Position numbers and translations under genes: made by a program
In this document: positions 25,864 through 35,393 of the stretch, piece by piece
Layout of the letters: the number at the start of each line of letters is the position of its first letter
How positions within the stretch are numbered: position 1 is the first letter of the stretch
Notes under the pieces: model-generated
Told to the model about the DNA's origin: nothing
Seen by the model: only the letters and a program-made list of their open reading frames with translations
Databases searched by the model: none
Virus record (IMG/VR): IMGVR_UViG_3300025263_000044
Source: a virus
DNA: 40,451 nucleotides
Strand: one strand, 5' to 3'

Positions 25864-26136
25864 TCAGGTGTAAATGGTGCTGTTGAAGGGCACTGTTTCG
25901 CCTGTAACTGCATCGATTTTATTGGAAGCAGTAATCATCAGGTCATCAGGGTCGCCTTGGCAGCGCGCAATCGCAGCTGCTAAGTTTTCTGGCATGCCCG
26001 GCTCCGTGCAGCGATACGCCCAGTAGCAAACCAGGTCGCGCCGTTCTTTGGCGTCCAGCTGGTCGGCTACCATGACCGTGTCTACGGCCTCAGCAAAGCG
26101 CAGTAATGCCGCGTGCGTCAGATTCTTGAAGTCCAT
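25864..26136 (-). CDS. Small hypothetical protein
   Basis: GGAG RBS; 90 aa. Confidence 0.6.
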   Translation of the reverse strand: MDFKNLTHAALLRFAEAVDTVMVADQLDAKERRDLVCYWAYRCTEPGMPENLAAAIARCQGDPDDLMITASNKIDAVTGETVPFNSTIYT

Positions 26137-26280
26137 GAGTCTCTCCGAATATTTCCATTAAATTGAATGTGGCCTACCTTTCCGTATAGTCGCTGGCGCA
26201 GGATTGAAATTTGCATGCCGCACTTGGCATTAATGCCATTGCACTATATACTTGCGTCACTTCAATAAAAAGGACCTACT

Positions 26281-27012
26281 ATGCTACTTGCATCAGTTTT
26301 GGCTATTCCATTGTGGGTGAGCATCCTGGGGTACTTCCTCATCGGCACGCTCTGGGCGTTCATCTACTTACCTCGTTCCATCTCGCTTCAGGCCGCACGC
26401 TACCGCACCTGGCGCGACAGCGTTACCGAAGGCCGACCTCTTCGTGAGGTGCTGGGCGCCGAGTCGACCAGTGATGGCAAGACGCTTCATCCGACCAAAT
26501 TTCAGCAGATGCGAGACCATCCTGACCGCGGCGGCGGCTTCACTGAGCGCCAAATCCTGGTTGCCTTCATGGCCAATATCGCGTTTTGGCCATGGAAACT
26601 AATCAAGAAGGTGGTTCTAAACGTGGCGCGAGCAATCGAAAAAGTGCTGCAGCGTGTACTCGATTGGCTTGAACTCCTGCTGACTAACCTGTGGGACAAA
26701 GTTCTTTTGCCGCTCCTCAAGCACATTGGTCGTGCAATCCGTCACGGGCTACGGGCCTTGCGCAGCGGGTTGCGTTGGATTGTTCGCATTGTGCGCACGG
26801 TCTGGAACAGCTACGTCGTGCCGGCATACCGCGCAATGGTTCGTACCTTGCGCAAGTGGGCTGATTTTATTTGGAATCAAGTATTGCGCGCGGTGTATCA
26901 CTGGGTCTACCGCCACGTCACTGGGGTCTACCAGGCGATTATTCAGCTTGCCAACCGTGAGGCTATCGCAGACATGAAGATGCTCAATCCCGACTCCAAG
27001 GAGGAAAAATAA
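26281..27012 (+). CDS. Membrane protein
   Basis: N-terminal TM segment, IAFWPW motif, long amphipathic Trp/Arg-rich repeats. Confidence 0.7.
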   Translation: MLLASVLAIPLWVSILGYFLIGTLWAFIYLPRSISLQAARYRTWRDSVTEGRPLREVLGAESTSDGKTLHPTKFQQMRDHPDRGGGFTERQILVAFMANIAFWPWKLIKKVVLNVARAIEKVLQRVLDWLELLLTNLWDKVLLPLLKHIGRAIRHGLRALRSGLRWIVRIVRTVWNSYVVPAYRAMVRTLRKWADFIWNQVLRAVYHWVYRHVTGVYQAIIQLANREAIADMKMLNPDSKEEK

Positions 27013-27833
27013 TGCTTTCGATGTTTGCTGCGGAGGTAATCCTCCTGTTATGGCCAGCTCTGCTTGTTTTCGTAGTGCTTTCTGTACTCGTTATTCCGGA
27101 CCGCTTCCGTGCCGGATATGACTGGTTGCATACCCTCTTAGGATGTATGGTTGTTTTGACCGTCCTATGGGTGTATCCGGTAGTGTATGCCGTCGATAAG
27201 CTGTTTCCGACTGAAGCTGAATTTGGCTTCATTGAGCGTGCGTTCCATGCATACGCCATTGCCGGAGCGCGACTATCGCTCCTGAGTTCGCCTATGGCGC
27301 TCGCATTCCTGGCTGCGTATGCAACTGCTGGATTGGTTTGGGCCGTTGTCCACTTCTGGATGTATGCACGCCGGCTGGGACAGGAATACGTCTTTGAGCG
27401 CGACCTGTGGTTGCGCGACAACCAACTGGAAACTCTCGCAAACCTGACGTCCGAGCAGCGTCAAAGCTTTGAAGGCGTAGTCTTGGCCAAGGTGCGGAAT
27501 AACATGCTCTATGACGGCGCATTCCCGCTCCGGCCGCTGCAGCAGAAGCGCTTCTTTGCCGCAAACTTCATCCTGTGGCCCGTGACGCTCCTGGCCTATT
27601 TTGTCGGAGACCTGGCTATGGATGTAGCCCGCCAGGTATGGTTCGCGGTGCGCGGTCGGATTCGCCGCTACTGGGAACGGAACATGGCGGAATATCTGGA
27701 AGACGAAGCGATTTGCGTGGCTTACGCAGCGGAGCTTGCTCAGATGGCAGCGCACAAGAAGGACAAATCAATGGTTCGCAGCATCATTGACTCCGTCACG
27801 CCCGACTGGCTGCCGGGCAGCAGCCGACACTGA
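27012..27833 (+). CDS. Membrane protein (paralog-like to the upstream gene)
   Basis: TAATG coupling; Y..GLVW and FILWP motifs. Confidence 0.7.
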   Translation: MLSMFAAEVILLLWPALLVFVVLSVLVIPDRFRAGYDWLHTLLGCMVVLTVLWVYPVVYAVDKLFPTEAEFGFIERAFHAYAIAGARLSLLSSPMALAFLAAYATAGLVWAVVHFWMYARRLGQEYVFERDLWLRDNQLETLANLTSEQRQSFEGVVLAKVRNNMLYDGAFPLRPLQQKRFFAANFILWPVTLLAYFVGDLAMDVARQVWFAVRGRIRRYWERNMAEYLEDEAICVAYAAELAQMAAHKKDKSMVRSIIDSVTPDWLPGSSRH

Positions 27834-27863
27834 AAATAGACGGGGAGGGCCGGCCGGAGTACA

Positions 27864-27879
27864 CTGTGTTTTTATCCAG
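27864..27879. promoter_or_regulatory. LexA (SOS) box
   Basis: CTGTGTTTTTATCCAG fits CTG-N10-CAG; overlaps a TACACT -10 element, 13 bp before ATG 27893. Confidence 0.7.
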
Positions 27880-27892
27880 TAGTTTTCCGGCC

Positions 27893-28198
27893 ATGGCGCG
27901 CAGCAGACTCCCCGACTTCGTTTCCCCATCCACCGCCGAGCTTCGCGCGCTCTGGCGCGCCGCCGGGCAGGCCAGCAATCCGGCTACCACACGCCTGCTC
28001 ATCTCAGAAATTATTCGCACTCGGGAACTGATTGCCGAGTTGGACGGCTTTTGCGTTGTTGTTCAACGGGCCTGGTCGGAAGAGGCACACTCCAAGCTTG
28101 TTGCTTTAGAGAAAATGCGAGGCATGTTCGCTCGCGAGCGCATCGTTCAGGGGGTATTGTCGGGCGAGCCACCGGCAGCAGACACGCCCGAAAGCTGA
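27893..28198 (+). CDS. Hypothetical protein, likely SOS-regulated
   Basis: ATG directly after the LexA box; ELRALW..RLLISEIIR helix motif. Confidence 0.6.
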   Translation: MARSRLPDFVSPSTAELRALWRAAGQASNPATTRLLISEIIRTRELIAELDGFCVVVQRAWSEEAHSKLVALEKMRGMFARERIVQGVLSGEPPAADTPES

Positions 28199-28633
28199 TT
28201 ACATCCCTGGGCAGAGCGTCCGGGCCATCTGCACATGCCGAAGCTCGACTGCAGTCGGATTGAGCGCTACAGCGCGCTCATAGGCCCCGCGCGCGGTCGT
28301 GCAGTCATACAGGGTCGCGCTTACGAAAGCCAGGTCGGCCTGAGCGTCTGCATTGCTTGGGTTAATGCGAATCGTCGACAGCAAGACGCCTTGCGCATTT
28401 CGGTAGTCTTTCATGCGCATGAAGGCGCGGCCTAGCGCACCCATCAGGGGACCATCAGACTGGTTTACTGACTGGATGAGCTGCTGGACACCATTCTGGT
28501 AATCCGGAGGCTTTGGGGCGTGGTACTGGATGAACCGAATCTTCTCAACGAAGAAATCGTCAGGGGTGTTGGCAGCCAGGGCGCCGGCGGAAATCATCGC
28601 GCCGGCCAGCGCCAGCATTACTTTTTTGAGCAT
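28199..28633 (-). CDS. Exported TPR-repeat protein
   Basis: Signal peptide; LGRAF..YRNA..IRINPSNADAQ..YERAVALNP. Confidence 0.75.
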   Translation of the reverse strand: MLKKVMLALAGAMISAGALAANTPDDFFVEKIRFIQYHAPKPPDYQNGVQQLIQSVNQSDGPLMGALGRAFMRMKDYRNAQGVLLSTIRINPSNADAQADLAFVSATLYDCTTARGAYERAVALNPTAVELRHVQMARTLCPGM

Positions 28634-28676
28634 TAGGAGGCATTTTCAAAGTGACAATGCCTCCGTATAGCGCGGG

Positions 28677-29300
28677 TCAGCTACCGCTTTTGCGGGTGAG
28701 CAGCGCATGGCCAGCCGGCGTTACATGCAGGTGCCCCTGGCGCGCTTCAAAGTAGCCGCGGTCAATCAGCAGTTGAACGATGTCCTCGCGAATGCGACGC
28801 TGGTTGACCAGCTTATGCACGTGTTCCTCGGCCGCCATCTTGAATTGCGCCAGCTTCTTCTCGATGACGTCGAACACCGGGTCCCACTCGCCTTCAAATC
28901 GGATAACGGTGCCGGCGAAGTTGTGCGCGTTCGCCCACTCAGGCTTGTCGTCAACCAGGAAGTCGCGCCAGGTGCCTACAGCGCCCTTGTCTGGGGCGAT
29001 GATGACCTTGTCGTGCAGCATTGGAAGCTTCTCGACAACGCAAAGCAGCTTTTCAGTCGCGGCATGTGGATTCGCTTGTGGAATTTTGGTGAGACCAAAC
29101 GGGTCCAGGCCTAAAGCTACCGCGCGCTCGATGGCCGCTAAGGCACCGGGCAGCGGCTCCAGGTCGCGATACGCGCCAGGCTGTACCTTGAACTCCTTTG
29201 GGGTCATGCCGCGCTTTGCGGCCGCAACGCTGAAGCCAAGCAACGTGTCATCAAAATCGAAGTAGACGCGCGGTACGTCTGCATAAGTTCGTGTGCCCAT
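28677..29300 (-). CDS. HAD-family 5'(3')-deoxyribonucleotidase-like phosphatase
   Basis: VYFDFDDTL, LEPLPGA, TEK, DK, FLVDDKP. Confidence 0.8.
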   Translation of the reverse strand: MGTRTYADVPRVYFDFDDTLLGFSVAAAKRGMTPKEFKVQPGAYRDLEPLPGALAAIERAVALGLDPFGLTKIPQANPHAATEKLLCVVEKLPMLHDKVIIAPDKGAVGTWRDFLVDDKPEWANAHNFAGTVIRFEGEWDPVFDVIEKKLAQFKMAAEEHVHKLVNQRRIREDIVQLLIDRGYFEARQGHLHVTPAGHALLTRKSGS

Positions 29301-29326
29301 AGATTTCTCCTTGAATTCTTGATTGC

Positions 29327-29887
29327 TTAGGCCGCCAAGCGGCCCGCGGTACGCCAGTTCACATGCGGGCTCGGCCGGCGATGGACCCTAGCCTCTGGCT
29401 CAACAGCCTCACAGACGCTTTCTGGGCTATGAGGCCACACCGACAGGAAGGCGAATTGGCGATGGAACAGGTTCATGTCAGCGACCACCTGGACGGAAGT
29501 AAAGGCATGCTTGCTGGCTTCGGTTGGCGTGGTGTGGGCCATGACGAGTGGGTCCAGGCGCATCACCATATCTGGAGTGTCCGGAGTAGGTAGGCGCAGA
29601 ACGCGGTCCGACTCGCTTGGCACTGGAATGCGATGGACCACCACATCCACGCGAATCTTGCTTGCAACGAGCCAGTAGAGCGCGTTCTTCAGCCCGGTGG
29701 CCAGGCTGGCGTCGGCGTGCGAGGACTGGTAGAGCTCAAAACCCTGGGCATCGCGAAGTCGAAGGCTTACTGCGCCGGCCGGCGCCGAGGTCACTTCGCC
29801 CTCCAGCACTCGCTGGACAGCTCCTTGTTTCACACACAGCGTCAGGCCGACACGGTCAGCGGACGAAGACAGGATGAGCACATTCAT
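29327..29887 (-). CDS. Hypothetical protein, weak acetate-kinase-N-domain resemblance
   Basis: AAGGA RBS; MNVLILSSS..VVVHR pattern. Confidence 0.5.
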   Translation of the reverse strand: MNVLILSSSADRVGLTLCVKQGAVQRVLEGEVTSAPAGAVSLRLRDAQGFELYQSSHADASLATGLKNALYWLVASKIRVDVVVHRIPVPSESDRVLRLPTPDTPDMVMRLDPLVMAHTTPTEASKHAFTSVQVVADMNLFHRQFAFLSVWPHSPESVCEAVEPEARVHRRPSPHVNWRTAGRLAA

Positions 29888-30016
29888 CGGTAATTCCTTG
29901 CAGATTTTTGAAATCGCAGTATACCAATGATTGCGGCAAATGCCAAGCATATGCGATAAAGTTGGCACTTTAAGCATTACACGCTATACTACGCGGACTC
30001 AATTTGACATTATCCA

Positions 30017-31123
30017 ATGCCTATTATCGCCTCCGCGAGGCCGGCTGTCGACCTCCCACTAGACCTTTGTACCCCTGCTCTTCAAGCTGGTTGGCGCGGC
30101 GCCACAGCGTCACGGCCAGGTGAAATGTTGTTTGGTGCGGCCATGCTGCAGCTGGCGGAAATCACCATCCCCGTGCGCCTCGTGGTAAATACCCGAGAGA
30201 GCATGTTTCAGTCGCATACGCAGTTACAAGCCGACGTGCGTAATTCGATGTACGTGGAACAATTCATCGTTTTGGAAGGGTTTAGCGCTGCGGAGGTAAA
30301 GTATTATCGCAACCGGTATCGTAAGTTTCGTACGCATCGCATTTCCGTTGGTACATTCCAGGCGTATCTGGAATGGCTACAGACCAGGTTAGGTCCTCTT
30401 GGGACGCAACCCGTTGACTCGCCTGTTCGACAATTTACAGAGCATTTACTCTGCGCTATGAATAGGGCTGAGCCCGTAGAACTTGTTCCGCTCGAGAGGA
30501 TTATCAAGAAAACCGGCATCGACAAGCAACTTCAACAGGGCGCCTTGGGCGTTCAGTCCATCGCCACGCTCTTAGGTCATACACTGGGCGCATGTCTAAT
30601 CGAGAATGTAGAGCAGGTAAAAAGCTACCAGGCCCAAGGGTTCGATTTATTAGTACAACCCAATCACGGTAGAGAAAAACTGAAGGTCGAAGTGAAAGCT
30701 GAAAGCTACAACACCGGCAACATAGTGCTGGAAACCTTCAGTTGCTACTGGGATAAACGTACAGACTCACCACACAATACGCAAACGCTGGGGTGGTTCG
30801 CCACCTCGAAGGCCGACGTCCTTGTAACGATTATCTGGCTGACAGGGGATGTGCTGATAATGGACTTGAACAGGGTCCGGCAGTGGGTCAAGGAAACACC
30901 GGAGCCATTGGAGCTTCGGATGGGCACCGTCCCCAACCAGAACTATTGCAGCCAGTTCTACCTAACCCCGATAGAGCGCATCATGGCTGAAGTGCCAGGT
31001 GTAATTCATCTTCAGCTTGCTGACTGGCTTCCCGCACTTTATGGAAAGCAGTTCAAAGAGAAATGCAAAGTGGCCGCGAGCCTTGCGCGCGGGACACTTC
31101 CCCCACAAAGGCTGGGCGCTTAA
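30017..31123 (+). CDS. PD-(D/E)XK nuclease-domain protein
   Basis: QGFDLLV..KVEVKAE..TGNIVLE..GWFATSKAD. Confidence 0.65.
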   Translation: MPIIASARPAVDLPLDLCTPALQAGWRGATASRPGEMLFGAAMLQLAEITIPVRLVVNTRESMFQSHTQLQADVRNSMYVEQFIVLEGFSAAEVKYYRNRYRKFRTHRISVGTFQAYLEWLQTRLGPLGTQPVDSPVRQFTEHLLCAMNRAEPVELVPLERIIKKTGIDKQLQQGALGVQSIATLLGHTLGACLIENVEQVKSYQAQGFDLLVQPNHGREKLKVEVKAESYNTGNIVLETFSCYWDKRTDSPHNTQTLGWFATSKADVLVTIIWLTGDVLIMDLNRVRQWVKETPEPLELRMGTVPNQNYCSQFYLTPIERIMAEVPGVIHLQLADWLPALYGKQFKEKCKVAASLARGTLPPQRLGA

Positions 31124-31124
31124 A

Positions 31125-31358
31125 TCACTTTCGGCTGCCGGCCGTGAAGAAGCCGTTTGTGTACGCGGCCTTCAGTCGTTGGAAGACCTGCACGGCTATT
31201 TCTTCACTGCTCTGGAAGGGCATCTCGAAGCCGGACACCTTGAACATCGGGCGGCCCGTGATTGGGCCAGGGCGATGCTCAATTTTGATGCCTTCTGGGA
31301 CGACGAATGGGACAGGTGGTTCGGCTGGTACAGCCGCGGCTTTGGATTGAGTGGACAT
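31125..31358 (-). CDS. Small hypothetical protein
   Basis: ATG at 31358 downstream of a TTATACT -10 element. Confidence 0.45.
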   Translation of the reverse strand: MSTQSKAAAVPAEPPVPFVVPEGIKIEHRPGPITGRPMFKVSGFEMPFQSSEEIAVQVFQRLKAAYTNGFFTAGSRK

Positions 31359-31429
31359 GTTAACGAGGTGTGATGCTGAAAGTTCACTGTAGTATAACAC
31401 AGATACCGCAATTAGCACCAGTTCAATAG

Positions 31430-31460
31430 AAAAGGGCACCGTAGGTGCCCTTTCTTTTTT
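31430..31460. terminator. Terminator of the ter operon (bidirectional)
   Basis: AAAAGGGCACC-GTA-GGTGCCCTTT. Confidence 0.75.
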
Positions 31461-31661
31461 CTAGCGGCCGGGAATCCGGTTGGACCCTGGTGCGTGGCCG
31501 AAGTGATAGCCCTTGCAGAACTTGCAGTGGTAGACGTTGAACCAACTGCGGTCGCCCTTGGCGGCCTTCAGCTTGCGAATCCCAGCTTCAGTTTCAGCAG
31601 CGGAGGTGAACCGCTGCTTGCCGGCGCAGCTCTTGCGGCGTAAACGTCGCTTACTTGACAC
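31461..31661 (-). CDS. Small basic Zn-ribbon-like protein
   Basis: CAGKQRF..YHCKFCKGYHFG; overlaps the vWA stop. Confidence 0.6.
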   Translation of the reverse strand: MSSKRRLRRKSCAGKQRFTSAAETEAGIRKLKAAKGDRSWFNVYHCKFCKGYHFGHAPGSNRIPGR

Positions 31662-32451
31662 CAGCCGCCAGCCACTGCAGCAGCTCGTCGCTGAACAAGG
31701 CCTGGTTGAGCTCTTCGTCGGACATCTCGACGAATTGTTTCAGGTTCTTGACAGGCACGAAACCGGTATTGCTGAAGGCGTCACCGATTTTATCCAGGAA
31801 CGGGAAGGTGGAGCCGCCGTTGGTCACGCCCAGGAACAGGAAGTACACTTCGTCCTTGCGAGCTTCGGACTCTTTCAATACCTGCATGGTCCGCACTTTG
31901 TCCGTGTTGTCGCCATCGGTGATAACGATGACCAGGGAACGCTTCTTCGCGCCTTTGACGACTTCGTCTTTCTTGCCCATCAGACCACCGAAGAAACCTG
32001 CTTTCTTGACGGTGTCACCGGCCCAGCCAAAGTGCTTCAGCATACGTTCCAGCACGTAGCTGTAGTCGGTACCGCCGTTGTAACCAGGCGTGCGGCCGCG
32101 GATGTCTTCCGGGATGCCGCGTGGGTAGTTGTCGATGTTCACGCCGAAAAATTGCTGCGGCAGGTAACCGTAGTAGTTGTGGGCATCAACCGAGCCCAGT
32201 TCGTGCACGCCAGCGGCGCCGTCCGAGAACGTGAACACGTCGAGTTTCTTGTCTGGGTCGAAGGTAAAGCCCCATGGCGCCAGGCGAGTCAGCAGGCTGT
32301 CGGTAATGCCGATGCGATGCTCGTCATCGAACGAACCAGACACGTCCATGGCCACGCCCACTTCCAGTGCTGGAGGGGTCACGATGCCAACCTTTTGCAG
32401 GCACAGGGACAGAGCTTGCGACGACTTTTCGAGATTCAGTTTCATGCTCAC
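31651..32451 (-). CDS. vWA-domain protein (TerF C-terminal vWA type)
   Basis: VAMDVSGSF MIDAS, GGTDYS, VITDGD, YFLFLGV. Confidence 0.85.
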   Translation of the reverse strand: MSMKLNLEKSSQALSLCLQKVGIVTPPALEVGVAMDVSGSFDDEHRIGITDSLLTRLAPWGFTFDPDKKLDVFTFSDGAAGVHELGSVDAHNYYGYLPQQFFGVNIDNYPRGIPEDIRGRTPGYNGGTDYSYVLERMLKHFGWAGDTVKKAGFFGGLMGKKDEVVKGAKKRSLVIVITDGDNTDKVRTMQVLKESEARKDEVYFLFLGVTNGGSTFPFLDKIGDAFSNTGFVPVKNLKQFVEMSDEELNQALFSDELLQWLAAGVK

Positions 32452-32453
32452 GT

Positions 32454-33482
32454 TTAAACTTTCCTTTGAATGAATTGCACAATATCAGTCAGCTTTTCTA
32501 CAGCGAGATATCGCTGCGTATCGCTGGGTTTGGCGGAGAGCCCCGCCAGTTGGCTGTAGACGGCCGGCAGCTGGAGAAGTACTCCGTCCTGCACGAGCGT
32601 CATGATTTCCTGCACGCGCTCCTTATCGAGCGTCAGCATTTGAAGCTGTTCCAATACCAGCGCTTGCGAGCCCGTAATCGAGGTCAGGCGAGCCACCAGC
32701 AACTGGCCAACTTGAGCATCCATCTGGTCAAGCAGGTATTCCGCAGCCAGGGCATTCGCCTGCAGGGCCTCGCCAGCTTCATGGTTGTCTTTCGACAGCC
32801 TTTCCAGCTCTGAAACGTTTGCGGCCAAGATGCTGCCTGCGGAAGAAAGCAAGGATTCCAGCTGGCGAACTTCACCGACCACCGAACCCCAAACTTTCGC
32901 GACTGGCTTGCGGAACAGACCGCCGTCCATCGACTCCAGAACTTCTTGCAGCAGTGATTGCAGCCGAGACAAATGCTGCGTAACGTTGCGAACAGCAGAA
33001 GATTGCATCAGGTCCAGGCGTTGCTTTACCAAGTCCGTCAACGATTCCTGCGCTATTACACCGAAGCGCAACCAAGCGGATGAGTCCATTGCCTGAGGGC
33101 TGACGCCGGCCAGTACAGCTTGCGTGCGTACCAGCATGTCGCCAACAGTTCCAGGAAAGCGCTTAGCCAGGGTGTCGAATTCGACTTCCATTGGTTTTCG
33201 TTGCGTACCGGGCAAGGCCGAAGCTTTCACCGGTTCCACCGCAACTATCGCTGTCGCGGGTGCTGAAACAGGCAGGGCAGTCGGTTTCGGTTGCAGCGGG
33301 ACACTTGCCGGCATCGGCGCAGGTGCTGCCCCTGGCAATGCGGTAGGCTTCAAGGCCGTCGGCGTAATTACAGGGGTGGCAGTCCTAGGGCCTCCGGAGT
33401 CCGGGCTACCCAGTCGTGTCGGCTTCACAGCAGAGCCAGTTTCCTGGGTGCCTCCACCGATGATGGTTGCCTTAATGGACAT
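32454..33482 (-). CDS. Pro-rich N-terminus plus helical TelA-like accessory protein
   Basis: KPTALP repeats followed by a coiled-coil with a GGLFRK motif; inside the ter operon. Confidence 0.6.
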   Translation of the reverse strand: MSIKATIIGGGTQETGSAVKPTRLGSPDSGGPRTATPVITPTALKPTALPGAAPAPMPASVPLQPKPTALPVSAPATAIVAVEPVKASALPGTQRKPMEVEFDTLAKRFPGTVGDMLVRTQAVLAGVSPQAMDSSAWLRFGVIAQESLTDLVKQRLDLMQSSAVRNVTQHLSRLQSLLQEVLESMDGGLFRKPVAKVWGSVVGEVRQLESLLSSAGSILAANVSELERLSKDNHEAGEALQANALAAEYLLDQMDAQVGQLLVARLTSITGSQALVLEQLQMLTLDKERVQEIMTLVQDGVLLQLPAVYSQLAGLSAKPSDTQRYLAVEKLTDIVQFIQRKV

Positions 33483-33500
33483 GTCGAAGGCCCGTGCCGA

Positions 33501-34136
33501 TTAGGAGAAGTGGCCCAGCACTTCGTTGAAGTCGCTGTTGAAGCCGACGCCGATGTTCGCGTAGGACGAGCCGGCTGCATCAATCATGATGGAACCCATC
33601 TGAACACCGATGAATTCGCCAAACTGCTCGGACAGCGAGACGTTCAGCAGCTCTTGGCCGGCACCGTTCTCGATGATGACGCGGGCATTCTTGACGTTAC
33701 GGAAGGTGCGACCGGCATTCTGCGGGTGAATCATCGCCACCAGCGGGATTTCGATTGCACCACCTGCTGGCGGGGTCAGGCGGTCCGGCTGGATGGAGAC
33801 CCATTCGTCGTCGCCGGCCTGGTTGCCGTCGGTCGCATCAGGGCTGTGAACCAGCGCGCCGTTGTAGATGGAGAAGGTCTTGTCAGCTGCCAGCGGCAGG
33901 GAGCCTTGGCTCTCGCCACGGATGGTACGCTGCACATTGTAGGTCGACAGGATGTCGCCCAGGCTCGATACCTTGGCGCCGGCGCCGGTGTTTTGAGCTA
34001 CCAGGGCATGCAGGTCGATATCGGTGTCACCTTCCCAGGACAGGCGGGCCTTGAAGCGTTCACCCTTGTTCAGGTTCAGTGCGAGTTTCTGGGCGACGTC
34101 GCCAGGTTTGCTCAGGTTCAGTTGCAGTGCAGTCAT
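33501..34136 (-). CDS. terD: TerD-family stress protein
   Basis: LSWEGDTDIDLHAL..YN..LVHSPDATDG..GDDE..TFRNVKNA; AAAGGA RBS before ATG 34136. Confidence 0.75.
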   Translation of the reverse strand: MTALQLNLSKPGDVAQKLALNLNKGERFKARLSWEGDTDIDLHALVAQNTGAGAKVSSLGDILSTYNVQRTIRGESQGSLPLAADKTFSIYNGALVHSPDATDGNQAGDDEWVSIQPDRLTPPAGGAIEIPLVAMIHPQNAGRTFRNVKNARVIIENGAGQELLNVSLSEQFGEFIGVQMGSIMIDAAGSSYANIGVGFNSDFNEVLGHFS

Positions 34137-34164
34137 TTTTTGTCCTTTCGACAGTGACGGTGAA

Positions 34165-35367
34165 TTAGTAGTTCTGCGGCGCAGCAGAGTTAATTTGCTG
34201 GCCCAGGTCCATGAGGTCCTTACGGGTTTGCGAAATAGTGGAGCGAGCTTCATCGAACTTCACGCGATTCGTCTCGCGAGCGGTATTAACGATGGCTTGC
34301 ATTGCCTGAGAGTCGGCCACGACTTTTTTCAGGTCATTGGCCTGCGACAGGCGGTTGTTTCCTGGCGCAGAGGCTGCGGTAGTAACAACCGTGCCCATCA
34401 TGCTCGAGCGCGCCGCTTGAAGATGCTGGTCCAGCTGAGCGTTTGCCTCACCCAGCCGCTGAACGTTTCGAACCAGATGAGCGCCATGGATGCCAATCAG
34501 GGTCATTCGGATGCTGCCGAAGCGGTCACCCATGGTGATGGTCAGCTCTTGCATCGTCGAAATGCCTGCGTTTTGCAGCTGGCGCAGAATCAGTGCTTCG
34601 GCCGGCAGGCGGGTCAGCATTGCTTCGCGGCTCAGTGCCACGGATTCCAAAGCTTGCAGCTTGTCGTGGATTTCCTGCTGCACCATAGTGTCCTTGTCAG
34701 CCGCGGCCAACAAGGCAGGCGCTTGGGCTTGCGCTTTGGCCAATGCGTTGTTCAGGAACAGCACTTCTTCACCAAAGGCGATGAAGGAATTGCGGTACTG
34801 GGCCTTGATAGCATCCATGCCACGCAGTTCTTCGGCCAGCTTGCCAATCTCGGTATTGAGCTTTCGCTCCATGCCGACAACCACATCCGACAGCGACTTG
34901 GACTTTGCGCGGGCGGTACGACCCAGTTCTTCGTATGCACGGTCCAGGCCGCGCTGCAGGGCTTTTTTGCTGAACAGGCCCAGGATTCGGTCGCCTAGGC
35001 TAGGCTTCGCCGACAGAATCTGCTCTGCCAGCTCACCGATACGTTCCTTGGCGATTTCTTCCGACAGGCTATCGACCAGCTTGAAGATTTGCGGGTTTTC
35101 GTTCTTGTTAATGCGGTCCAGGAACGAGTCCAGGGCGCGATTCAGGTTATTGGTTGGCTCCTGGCCCATCATCGCAATGTGCTGGGCAGGAGTGGTGGCG
35201 AATTCGAACTTCTCCACACGAGCCTGGATGGCCGACAGCTGTTGCGGTTCCAGGTTCAGCGGGAAGTTCTGAGGCAGTGCCAGTGCTACAGGCATGGCCG
35301 GCAGGGTGCTGGTAACCATGCCTGCGCCAAGGCCCAGGCTCGTAGGAGTCATAGTGGTGACGTTCAT
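34165..35367 (-). CDS. Toxic anion resistance protein (TelA/KlaB family)
   Basis: 400-aa coiled-coil with LGLF and IRQLQNAG motifs; ter context. Confidence 0.7.
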   Translation of the reverse strand: MNVTTMTPTSLGLGAGMVTSTLPAMPVALALPQNFPLNLEPQQLSAIQARVEKFEFATTPAQHIAMMGQEPTNNLNRALDSFLDRINKNENPQIFKLVDSLSEEIAKERIGELAEQILSAKPSLGDRILGLFSKKALQRGLDRAYEELGRTARAKSKSLSDVVVGMERKLNTEIGKLAEELRGMDAIKAQYRNSFIAFGEEVLFLNNALAKAQAQAPALLAAADKDTMVQQEIHDKLQALESVALSREAMLTRLPAEALILRQLQNAGISTMQELTITMGDRFGSIRMTLIGIHGAHLVRNVQRLGEANAQLDQHLQAARSSMMGTVVTTAASAPGNNRLSQANDLKKVVADSQAMQAIVNTARETNRVKFDEARSTISQTRKDLMDLGQQINSAAPQNY

Positions 35368-35393
35368 GTAGGTTGGTCCTTGGGCTTGATTGC

